This document shows, in pieces, positions 10,401 through 22,400 of a stretch of 64,000 nt of DNA. A program made the position numbers and the translations under genes. Position 1 is the first letter of the stretch, and each line of letters starts with the position of its first letter. The notes beneath the pieces were generated by a model, which was not told the origin of the DNA, made no database searches, and saw nothing but the letters and a program-made list of their open reading frames with translations. This stretch comes from Asterias rubens (taxonomy: Eukaryota), in the NCBI RefSeq assembly GCF_902459465.1, contig NC_047062.1, forward strand, positions 9,362,001 through 9,426,000, read 5' to 3'.

Positions 10401-13400
10401 AAACTTTACTTTATAAATAAAAAATACTAAAAAAACTTACCCAAAATTACTAAAACTGTCAATGTTTGGGATTTTCTTTTTTTGAGGGCTGATGTGGTAA
10501 ATCATACTTTAAGATACCAGCAGTGACGCACCAAGGATCTAGTTTGGGTTGTGGGTTGAGGGGGGGGGGGCATATTTCCCAAACAAAATTCTTTCCAAGA
10601 TGGTAAAAAAAATGTCACCATGCTGCAACTTTGACTTCATCAGAAGGTTAGCATGCCTTTTCGTGTGCTATACGATTAGCGGCGCTATGAAATGGAAATC
10701 GCACAACTAGCACAAAATCTGCTGCTGAACAGCTCTACCAAAATGGGTCCTGAAGTCAGAGTTGCAGCATGGTAAACAAATTGTTCTTGAGGATTTCTCA
10801 GATATTTATTATGCATTAATTTGTTTTTCAAGATTCAACACAGGGGGTTAAAGCAAGACTGCATACGTTTGTGATCTACTGAAGAAAGGCAGACAGCTTC
10901 TCCGTCTCAATTTCGATGTAATCTCTACACTGAGATCACTAATAATCACAGTGGTGCACTTGAAGGGGGGCGGGGCGATGAGTCTAGGGGTGATCCCAGC
11001 CCTCCAAGGTATTCAATTTGTTTGTTTGATTTGTTTTGATTTTTTGTTTTACAATCTTCGAAAGAAATATTTGGGGTAAATATGGCCCACCCCCAAAAAT
11101 AATAAATCCTGGGTGCGTCACTGCTGATAATTTAAATTCTGATTCTGGTTAAACCACATCCGCCATCAACAAGACAAAAATCGCAAACCATGATGACTTT
11201 AAGTAACTTTGAGTGAGTTTTGTTGGTGGATTTATTATGTAAGTATATAAATTGACTAATTTGTAACCTAACAACTGTACAATACTAGTCATAAAATTGT
11301 AAATTTTGAAGAGCCCAGTTGTTTCTTGGTTGATTGTGATAGAGGAAGACATGCTCTATCAAGTGATTTTTATTTTGTTGAATTTTGGAATGGTGCATTG
11401 TTTCAAAAATTGGGTCAAAGGTCACGACAACATATTAAAGATCATGGTGACTTGTACAAAAATAGTCATAAAGTTGTAAATTTTGAAGAGCCTAACTGTT
11501 TCTTAGTGGATTCTGATAGAGGAAGACATGCTCTACTAAGTGATTTTTATTTCGTTGATTTTTGGAATGATACATTATTTTAAAAACTGGGTCAAAGGTC
11601 ACGATAACATATTAAAGATTACAGTGACTTACATTTCAGAAAATTTATTTTTGACAAAAGAATTGATTTCAGCATGCAATTCTCATCATTTTGATACCAA
11701 ATGAGAATGAGAATTGACATAGTTATGACTTATTTTTACCAAAAAGGTGGTATTTTACCCTAAAAACGTCAAATTTTAGTGGTTTCTGCCCTGACCACAC
11801 GGTAAGTCCGATCGGGCTAAACATTGGTGTGCATTCATTGCTCATTAGGACCTACAAGCACAGCAATTTTTATCAAAATCGGAAGACATGATTTAAAAAA
11901 GTGCGTTGGTCTGACATGGAATGACCCTTATATGACTCGATTTCCTTATTGATTGACAAAAATTGTAAATGAAGTTCAGCAAAGTTCACGTCTTGGCATT
12001 TTCGTTCAAACATGTCTTTTTAAAGAAAGAACAATCCGTAGGTAAAACAGCAATTCAATAAAAACAAAAGAAATGGGGGGGGGGATTCCAATACTTACAG
12101 TCACCTCTAGTGCACTTATGTAAAGAAGGTTTGTCGTCTCGTCCTAAAATTCAAATAAAATGAAAAAATTATTGTCATAATTTGTAATTTCATCTGCGAA
12201 AGACGCTTGCGTGAACAAGAAAGTCTATCTATGCCAACTGCCGAATGTTTGATGTGTACAATAATCGGTAATCATGCAGAGCCAAGATTGTGAGCCTCTG
12301 GAACGCTAGGTGGCCTTTTGCTAAGGGCACTTCCATTGGAAATCTTAAAGTCAATGGACAACATTTAATGGGCACCAAGGCCGAGACGGTGCAATTAAGG
12401 CTACGGCCTCCGTCCTTGCGCCTGCGTGTAATTCCAGGCCTGAGCTTCACTCTCTTTGGATGATGTAAACAAATCAAGAAGTTTGTGCAATGCTTTATTT
12501 TCAACTCTGAAAAGCTTGCGTGAACAAGAAAGTCTACCAAGCCTCTGCTCTGTACAGCAACCGGTAAGCTTCGCTCGGCCCCAGTGGCCAGTCTATCCAG
12601 GACCGCTGGGATGGGCTAATCGCTTGCACAGATTCTTGTTCAGGAAGTACATCATGTATGCAGTGCATACAAGGTGCAGTGTGAGTGTGGTGCATGATGG
12701 GACTGCACATTATTAAACCAATGTGCGTGAATGATACGTTTGCCCATCCCAGCGCCTTTGGTTAAAGCAAGGTGCTGGGGACGAGTGAACCGGTAAGCAG
12801 AGCCAAGAATGGGAGACTTTTGAAAGCTAGGTGGCAGCAGATATCATAGCTCTGCTTACTGTAAGCAAAGAATCGGCGCTTACGGAAGCAGGGAATTCCT
12901 TGCTTATGTCAAGCGTATTTCACACAGGTGAGCGGGGATTTTTGGCTTATGTGCTTGCGTACTTCACTTACAAGGCATTCCACGCGTACACAGCTGGCGA
13001 TGCGTAGGTGCAGAATTCGGCGGTTAGCAGAGCCATGAGTCGCTAACTAGACACGCACCTCATTCAACAGTTAGCGCTTGCGCAATGGACATTTACGAAA
13101 AGGTCTATGCTCGCATTTCAATTGTAAAGTCTACTGCTAGTCTCCCAGTGGGTCGAGATCTCACAATATCTCAAGAAGGGGGCGGTCGACAACGAATAAA
13201 AGAATGCTGGTCAGGGGAAGACTTTGTAACAACTTTGCAGAGAGCGAGCTTGCTAGGGGGCAACTTTGCATAGGGCGAGCTTGCTATATGAGGGGGCGAG
13301 CCTGACCAGCCCCCCGAATTGAGCACTTACCAGTCTCTCTAGTCGCTGGAGGGACATGCTGTATGTTACGTTAACGGGTGATTCTGGATACATCCGCTTG

Positions 13401-15761
13401 TCGTAGCTTCTTAACAATTCCACCAAAAGACGTGATTTGTCTGAGTGCGACGGTGCTCCACCTGAAACTTGTTGGGGACAAACGAATGGTAATATATCAA
13501 TAAAAGTTTCACTGTCAGTGAGGTTTACTGTCACCAATTTCGGTGACATTGGTCATAAGCAAGTTTTGAACGTCCTTATTTCGCTGTTTATATTACATTT
13601 GAATAGGCAGCTCTAAAACAGCAACCCGTTGATTTAGTTCAGGTTTGAACTCAATCCTTTTCTTATCTCCATTTGGGTTGTTTGCTAGTAAAGTAAGTTC
13701 CATTTTCTGAGGGTCCCTTGCTTCACAACGCAGAATAAACGAAATGAAAAATGGCAAATCGAAGCAAACTATTGCAAGCTTGCCTATCCTGCAAAACTCC
13801 ACGTGAACACAGCACGACTACGAGCGAATGAATATCACACCACCTTTATAAGCCCTTGTAGCAACGGGGTATACCAGGGTCACGACCCAATCCAATTGTA
13901 AGAATACGACGAGTTATTTCAGTTCCGTTTCCGATGACAGAATGTACCCGTAGTAAAAAAAAAAGTTACCGCGCGCCCCCAACAAGGCGAACCAATTTTC
14001 GGCTTACCCTTGCTCATAGAGTGCAAGGACTGAAGGCTTTCTCACAGAGACTGCTGTAAAAAAAAACATTCAGGGCCCCAGTGAATGAATCGAGCTTATC
14101 CTCCAGGTGGGGGACCGTATCCAGTCGAGTGATTTTATTGTTAAAACACGAGACGAGAATACATAATAAACACACACACGCACATTTTCTAGCTCCTGTA
14201 TGATGAATATTAAAGGTTTAGAATAATGGTGTTTTTATGGCGGGTGTCGTCTAGCCATCCTGTTATTGCGGACAACGTCTCACAGGGTCAACGATACCAA
14301 TCCCAACCAGCAGTTATTTTGAGACCCTTGATCCTGAGACCTTAGGCCTACTTCCGAATATTGTTGCCATTTGATTCCATCTAATACTAATAGCCAATCA
14401 AGATTTGGTAAAAGATAAAATAACCCCATGGGGTTTCCTTTCGACTGAATAGCTCATCCCACTGCAGCCTATGGCATAAACAACCTATAATATGTCGCAC
14501 AAGAAGAAAACTGTTGTGTTTGGCGACTTTAGTCAGAATTTTGAAATCGATTTTGAACCCTACGTATGGTTTGATGATGTGTATGATAAAAAAAGGTTAA
14601 AATCTACCTAAAATTATGTAACCTGTTATCTTCATATTAACTTACTATGGAGCGGAATACTGCCCCTCCCATCTGTTGGTACAAGAAGGTACAATACCTT
14701 TACCAATAGGTAACTTTCTCCCTGTGCCAGATGAAGGGTCAGCCTGCCTCTATATTCTGAGACCCCTATACATACGTTGAGATTCAGATTATGGTTAGGG
14801 TAAAAAACATAGGGTGGTGTTTGGAACGTGTCGGAACAATGGGGTCTTGTAACATGGGGGTGTTAGAACATGAGGGTGTCAGAACATTTGGATGTTGGAA
14901 CATGGGGGTGTCAGAACATTGGGATGTTGGAACATGGGGGTGTCAGAACATTGGGATGTTGGAAGGGGGTGTCAGAACATTGGGATGTTGGAACATGGGG
15001 GTGTCAGAACATTGGGATGTTGGAAGGGGGTGTCAGAACATTGGGATGTTGGAACATGGGGGTGTCAGAACATTGGGATGTTGGAACATGGGGGTGTCAG
15101 AACATTGGGATGTTGGAACATGGGGTGTCAGAACATTGGGATGTTGGAACATGGGGGTGTCAGAACATTGGGATGTTGGAACATGGGGGTGTCAGAACAT
15201 TGGGATGTTGGAACATGGGGGTGTCAGAACATTGGGATGTTGGAACATGGGGGTGTCAGAACTTTGGGATGTTGGAACATGGGGATGTCAGAACATTTGG
15301 GATGTTGGAACATGGGGGCGTCAGAACATTGGGATGTTGGAAATGGGTGTTAGAACATTGGGATGTTAGAACAAGGGGGTGTCGGTATGGGGTGTTGGAA
15401 CATGGGGGTGTTGGAACATGGGGGTGTCAGAACATTGGGGTGTCAGAACATTGGGGTGTCAGAACATTGGGATGTTGGAACGGGTGTCAGAAACATAGGT
15501 GTGTCGGAATTCGTGTAACCCAAGACATGACTGATATAGCTAGCTACTAGGCAAAATGGTCAGGTACGGATCTTCCTTCCTCTATGGATTGACTGACAAG
15601 ACCATCTATACACTTAAAAAATAATGATCACACCCCTTTCTGTCTTTATAGATTCTTAATCAAGCTTTTTACTTACCCACCACTCTTCCATGGAAACTCA
15701 GGCACATCATCAACACCAACAACACTTTGGCAACGAAGATATCTTGCAACTGCGGTGCCAT
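7406..15761 (-). CDS. Divergent nicotinic acetylcholine receptor alpha-like (Cys-loop ligand-gated ion channel) subunit, 381 aa
   Basis: complement(join(7406..7516,7778..8441,8848..8957,12099..12143,13331..13461,15677..15761)) = 1146 nt, in frame with canonical splice sites. It encodes a signal peptide (MAPQLQDIFVAKVLLVLMMCLSFHG), N-terminal helix (RLLVELLRSYDKRMYP), EWSDSRLVWDP and WTPNV, Cys-loop CTPDLANYPYDSPSC, loop C YACCEEVY, M1-M3, and M4 in the last exon. The 45-nt and 110-nt internal exons match the classic nAChR gene layout. Confidence 0.92.
8663..8771. mobile_element. Small PIF/Harbinger-like MITE nested in another dispersed repeat
   Basis: Inverted ends GCCATGTCCGA..AACGGC / GCCGTTTCGGACACGGCC, with TAA on both sides. 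Confidence 0.5.
9533..11927. mobile_element. Long-TIR foldback element (Sola-like termini, 4-bp TSD) with nested MITEs
   Basis: Termini GGGTCATTCCATGTC / GACATGGAATGACCC, flanked by TTAT on both sides (9529-9532 and 11928-11931). Arms 9533-about 10370 and about 11255-11927 contain 177-bp subrepeats. No transposase ORF. Confidence 0.8.
14806..15505 (+). repeat. G-rich minisatellite, 32-bp unit GGGGGTGTCAGAACATTGGGATGTTGGAACAT
   Basis: Directly visible tandem array in intron 1 of the receptor gene, with degenerate edges. The unit is a dimer of related 15-17 bp halves. Confidence 0.95.
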
Positions 15762-17788
15762 TTTTAATCTCTTGACAAAAAATCCAGTTTGCAATAGGTC
15801 ATAGCATAGAGCAACTTGCTGTATGGTTATAGTGTGCTTTCGCTATACAACGTCCACACAGCAGAGAAAGGTGTATTAATTCTGCATGCAAGGACGACCA
15901 ACACAAGAATTCCAAGGTCTCGCTGTGTGATACCAAGTTGAATCGATCGTCCGCATGGCTGAAAATCTCGTATTCCAGTCCGCTACCCTTTTCGATCAGA
16001 GCAAAACTGCACGCTCAAGCGGCATCATGGTTCAATGGGCGGTCTGTGTCTCGTCCACTTCCTTGGGGAGAATATTATTCCGCGCACTTAAGGATAAAAC
16101 CATGTTTGCGTTAAAGACATGGCCACCTTTGGTAATTGTCATAGAACAATCTACTCACTTGGTGTATCTCAACACTGCACAAAATAACATACCTGTGTAA
16201 ATTTGAACTCATTGGTCATCGACGTTGCGAGATAAAATGGAAGAAAAACGTGTCCTTTTATACAGTGAGGAAAGTGTAAAAGGTGACACGAGATTAATTC
16301 CCGTTATTGTGACTGATGCAAATCGGTTTTGCAAACCTTGTTTTCCGGATTAAATTATTTGTTGTCAAACCGTGTTTTTCGAAATGTTTTCAAGTACTTT
16401 GTGTATTTTTGCCAAACCAAAATTGTTTATATTATTAGTTTTAAACCTTGTCTTTTTACTCGAAAGTATGTTAAGCAAACCATTTTTTCCCGCGCTCTTG
16501 ACGTGTCGAATCGAATTCTCAGTCGGTCGATAATCTTTGGGAGTACACACGAAAAGCTTGTGAGAACTCAGCTTCAAACAATGAACTTACAAACCTTACA
16601 GAAATGTTGTAATAAAGAAATGTTTTAAAACAAATTGAGATAATTTGAGCAATGAACTTGCTTGTTTTAACCTGTTGTGCAATATAATAGTTAGCATGTT
16701 CTGAAAACGCTTAATAAATTGCACTTTTAGTAACTAGATAACCGTTTCGCCGTTCACCTTAAAGGGTTATCATTTTCTAAGATTTCTACAATGTATCTCA
16801 GAAAAAAAAGTTAACCCACTCAGAAATTGGTCAGTACCTCTTCGGACCTAGACTTGACTCAAGTCCCAATACCTTGTGAGTCCTTTTATTTTCAGTCCCA
16901 TCCCCCAACTGTGGCCACACCAGCTATACATTTGGACGCCTGATAGCTTATAGGGACGTCTCGTACGAGCACAGGGCTTGAATCAAGTCTATACTTCGGG
17001 AGGACCCGGAATACGAGTCAATACACCCGGATTGGTCCAACCGGTACACACAGGATCTGCAGGCTTGAGTTCAACCTTGGATCTCAGCTTGTTTTGAACT
17101 TCAATTTAGTTTCTTAAAGGTACTTGACACTAATTGACAGTCACTGGAAATATTTGTTAGCGAAAAAACTCACTTGGTAAAGAGCAATCAGCCTTTTCGA
17201 GATGGTGGGCACTGCTTGCATGGTTTGGGAATAATACAGACTCACCAAACCCCAGCCAGTGTCATATTGTGTCCAACATTAACTCAAGATGCCTTATGAG
17301 AGCTGTCGATATTATAACCGAAGATTATAGAGCGCTCTATAATCTTTGATTATAGCACATTGTGAGAAACGGCTCCTTCTGAAGTAACGTATAGTTTTTG
17401 AGAAAGAGGGTTGTCACTCATATTAAAAGACTTCAGGCTTGAAGACTTTTTTAGGCATCTGAAAGCACACACACAAACAATTTGCAACAAGGGTGTTTTT
17501 CCTTTCATTATTATCTTGCAACATCGATGACCAATTAAGCCGAAATGTGCACAGATTTGTTATTTTATGTGAATACACCAAAGTGAGAATACTGCATGGT
17601 CTCTGATAATTACCAAACGTGTTCATTGCCTTTAACTGACGAAACATACCTTTACAAAATGACCTTTATTATGATTATTAGATCATAATGGTGTAGGCTT
17701 ATGGGTAAAACCAAATGATACTATTTATTCCCGATGTTAATTTAAACATTTTAGATATGATTATTCCAAAGTCAATGTTTACATTTAA

Positions 17789-18165
17789 TAAAGCCATCGG
17801 ACACTTTCGGTAAACAGTATTGTCCAAAGGCCCACACTTCGTGTATAACAACTAACATATAAAATAACAAACCTGTGAAAATTTAGGCTCAATTGGTCAT
17901 CAGAGTCGGGAGAAAATAACGGGAAAACCCACCCTTGTTTCCGCACGTTTCGCCGTGTCATGACATGTGTTTACTATATCCGTAATTCTCGATGTCGAGA
18001 ATTGATAATTGTTTTAATGTTTTCTAAAAAAAGTAAAGCATTTGATGGAATAATATTTCAAGAGAAGTCTTTTACCATTACCTTCTGTACACCCAGTAAG
18101 TTATTTATAAATCTGTGAACTTTTATTTGTTTTTCTGTTCCGAAAGTGTATATTAATGGCTTTAA
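17789..18165 (+). mobile_element. TTAA-type MITE family B
   Basis: TAAAGCCATCGGACACTTTCGG ... CCGAAAGTGT..AATGGCTTTAA; second copy at 46158-46528. Confidence 0.8.
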
Positions 18166-19464
18166 GACAAACTATGATGGAACTCCGCGATATCAAATTG
18201 AAAATACACAACATACAGGCCTACTTTCATTTAAAAAAAAAAAGAAAAAAAAAAAGCACCATGACAGACCATGGAGAAATAAATTATTCCTCCATGGACA
18301 GGCATATAGGTTTGATATTTTTATCCAGTCCTTGAACTTGAGCCGTTCGATCACTATAATAACCAATGAAGGATGTGCCCCCGCCTTTTGCAACATTGTG
18401 TAAAACGTCAACCGGATTTCAGCCCGTTGTTTCTTTCAAAGGTGTTTTTCTGCTTGTTGGCTAATATAGCAGGTCATTGCTTCAGAAAAGCCATACGTTT
18501 AAACATAGAGCAAGGGCCAGAACTAGTACTTGTAAACACGTTAATTACTCACTTGGATTTAATTTCATGTGAACGTTAAAATAAATTATACATACAGCCG
18601 GCGGAGTTTAAATACAGGGCCTGCTATCCTCACAAGGAATATTTTCATGTTTGTACAAAAAAAAAGTACCTCGAGAACTGCTCTGTGTAACTGTAAAATC
18701 ATAGTTCGTGATGTTGTACTTTTGGTAACATACGTCCAGTGCTCAGCAATATCTCGACAACATTTAACACAAATATGGGTGTGGGGATTTAAAGGCAGTG
18801 GACACTATTGGTAATTGTCAAAGACTAACCTTCACAGTTGGTGTATCTCAACATATGCATAAAACAACAAACCTGTGAACATTTGAGCTCAATCGGTCAA
18901 GCGGACAATAATACATTGTTAAATAAAGTATCTTTTTTTTTTTACACTGCAAACTTGTAAATTGTACTATTGTGCAGACATTTTTTTTCCACATGACCAT
19001 ACAAAGCATAGACAAGAACCACAGTATTTTGACACCCAACATTAATACAAGACAAAATTGATGTGAGTGAATATCATGATTTGAATTCGCGCGCATAAGT
19101 TTCAATACAAGATGTACATTCAATATCATTGGTGTGGTATCACTCCAATAAACACAACATACAATTTGTTTGACGAAATACAATGGTAGTGCTATTGGCC
19201 GAGTAACTTTAGCCATGTATTTCACTTGTTCCGAATCAGAAAGAGCGATATGTTTGTTCATCCGTCAGAATAGGCTGGTCCCTGTTATGTTTTCCACGCT
19301 GTAACTGTATAGAGACACACAGGCAACCCGAAAGAAGACTAGATATTTGACATCTCGTGCAGTGCAGGTTGACACGGTCAAGGCTAAATACTAATTTCTT
19401 GATGATCGATCAGTGCGATAAGTCTCCCGTGCGCATGCTTGCACTCGTAAATTGATGTCAGAGA

Positions 19465-22400
19465 TCACGCCCTCTGTTCCCCAATGAACTCCTCTGCCAG
19501 CTGTTTCCGATCAACATCGCTTCGCCTCGTCTTTGACAGAGGGCGGTCTTTGCAAGTCTTCATGGTGTAGATGATCCCAGCTATGATCAGTGCAACACCT
19601 GGACACGGACAAATCAACATTGAAGGAAACTTTACTATTTCGCAGTTCTGGTATTTATATTTTGCTCTATGTTAGGATAACTTATAACTTGATCCTTACT
19701 GTCACCATTATTTGGTCATATGTAGCTCTGCGTGTAAAGTTATTAAAAAGAATAATATTACATTTAATACACATCTTTTTGCTTTAAGATCGCTTCACGC
19801 TATAGATAAGTTATTTTGAAATTGGGCGGTTACTTCCCCACTTGTAAAACATTATAATGTCTGTCTTTCATTAACGCACTGTCGACGAACTGGTGATAAA
19901 TTTATACAATGACCACGCGATAACAAAGTCGTGGTTGATATGTCGAGGAAAAGTGCGTATTACCATTGCCGTTGAAAATTAAACATCACAGGTTCTCACT
20001 CAATAAACGGAAATCGATACACTATGTCCATCTCTTATTTTTTATAAAGCACTTTTCCGTTCTCAGTGGGGTATTCTGACCGTACAATTGACACAACACT
20101 GTCCTGATCCCCAATATACCATTAGTGGATTGTTCGTTCAATACAATGAATTCATAGAGGTTTCACTAATACAAAAAGTGGCTATTTCAAACCTGCAGTG
20201 AGCTATAGGGAGTGTCTGGCTCATGTTTACATTTGAATATGTATTGTTGAGTCACACAACTGGACTACAGGTAATAACTCATCAGCACAAATACTACGAG
20301 CAACGGAGAACTGTCGAACAAATAAATTGTGAAAAACGACTCCCTCTGGAGTAACATTAGACAAACTATCGGAGCCAATTGACAACAATTTTCATAGATT
20401 TTCTTACCGCAAAGAATACCAGGTGTGTTCCGAAACACACCCACCAAGCACACTATGCCGAAGAGCACATAGATGAAACCACGTTTCCAATTGTCAAACC
20501 AACGGACGGGCCGGCCAACCTTCTGGCAACACCCATTCTCCCTTTGAGGGGCAGAAAGTAAAAGGGCTTGAAGTTAGGATGTAAGACATGAATCATCAAA
20601 AATACTAAGCAACACTCAAAATAAAGGCATACTTCACACTATTATGTTCTTTAATCTATTTTTCGTGATGTAAAAAATAGATCAGGTTTAACAGTTGAAA
20701 CTGATTATTAAAAACTGTATGAAGTAAAAAGTAAAAATCAAAACCAAAAAATATCAAGGTGCTCACAATACAGGAACGCATTCTACAATAAAAACAAAAA
20801 CCTAACTTGCAGTAGAGGAGAGGGAAGAGCCAATAAAACTACATAATATAGTTAACATGAACGATGAAATACACAACAAACCACAAGGGACCACAAGGGA
20901 CCACAAGCACTGTTGAATGGATTTTTTTTTTTTTTTTTTTTTTCCACGGAGGAAATCATTTATTCACATTTAAGACCACTCCTCATTATTATTACAAACA
21001 CGCTGAAAGAAAAACATAAACAGCAAGAAAAATAAACAAAATACAAAATACGATTTTAACCTTGAACCAATAGTTTGAAGGAGTCCCACTTTTTGTGAAA
21101 GTTAACAGTTGAATTATTGGTGATGGAGATGTATTTATCCAAAGTATATAATAAAGCTTTAAATCCAGTTTTAATAATGCAAGGGAGGGTCTATTCTCAC
21201 TCATTTTCATTTTATAGATATGGAAGCGACACAAAAGAAGGATCAGATTCAGAGCACTCCAAGATTTGTTTGTAATACCAAAAAGGATAGCCTCATTGTC
21301 TAAGCGAATGTCAATATTAAGAGTACTCCTTAATCAATCACCAAATTGGGTCCAAAACATAGTTAAAAACTTGCATCTACAAAATAAATGGACCAGCGTC
21401 TCACTCTCCAATTGACAGAATATACAAAGACCATTATCCCTTTTACCGATTTTGGCTAAGAATGAGTTGACTCCAAGTATTCTGTGGACTAATCTGTATC
21501 TGAATTTTTTTTTTATCTCATGAAAAAAAGTTCTCATGACTCACTCAACGGATGAGGCCAAATTGTCACATCCCATTCGGCTTGATCACATAAAAACATA
21601 AACATTCTCTGCGACTTTATTGTCAGCTCCCGACCAGTCCTGTATAATATCTTAAATGTGAATCTGTGGACATTGTGTTACAAAAACCACCCAGACCCTG
21701 AAAGGAACACGTTGCATTGGATCGGACGAGTTGGTCTATAACAAGCGTTTGTAACCGTTTGGTATAAATGCATATGGTAAGAAAGATGTTTTAGAAGTAG
21801 AATACAATGACCCACACACATTTGCATCGAAATTGCGAGGTTTTCCTTTTACTGTGCGAACTAAACACGGCCATTTATGGGAGTCAAACATTTTACTCCC
21901 ATAAATGGCCGACCGTGCTAGTCGAAAATGTAAAAGGAAAACCACTCAAGTTCGAGTGATACTTGTGTGGATCATTATATTTTAACTTTTAAAATATCTT
22001 TCTAATCATATGCATTTTAAGACCAACTCGACCGATCCTTTAAACAGCTCAAACCTAATATTTTGACATACCTGCAGCATCCGCAATTAGCAAAGATCAA
22101 CCCAACCTCAAGTACAGTCACGATACCTCCTACCACGCTGTCATTGAAAATAACATACATGATTAATAATACATAACAAGGCACTGAACACCATTTGGTG
22201 ATGGTCAAAGACCAATACTTTCTCACACGGTGTGACACATTTTGTATGCACAAAATGCACAAATCGGTCAAAGTGTATGCCCATTTTAGGCAGAGAATAT
22301 AACAACTATACAAGTATATGATGAAACCCTTTATACTTTTTGCTATAACAAACTGTGTCATGAATGTGCTTTAAATTTGCCCAAAACTGCGTTTCGCTTA

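Noticed and set aside
14008-14053. 46-nt segment with good acceptor and donor on the minus strand in receptor intron 1
   Set aside because: As a cassette it would shift the frame and it contains an in-frame TGA. As an alternative first exon (ATG AGC AAG G) it would give a protein without a signal peptide. No support without RNA data.
14791-15550. Three overlapping 150-230 aa ORFs (GCWNMGVSEHWDV repeats)
   Set aside because: They are translations of the 32-bp minisatellite, which lacks stop codons; the same peptides cycle through all frames.
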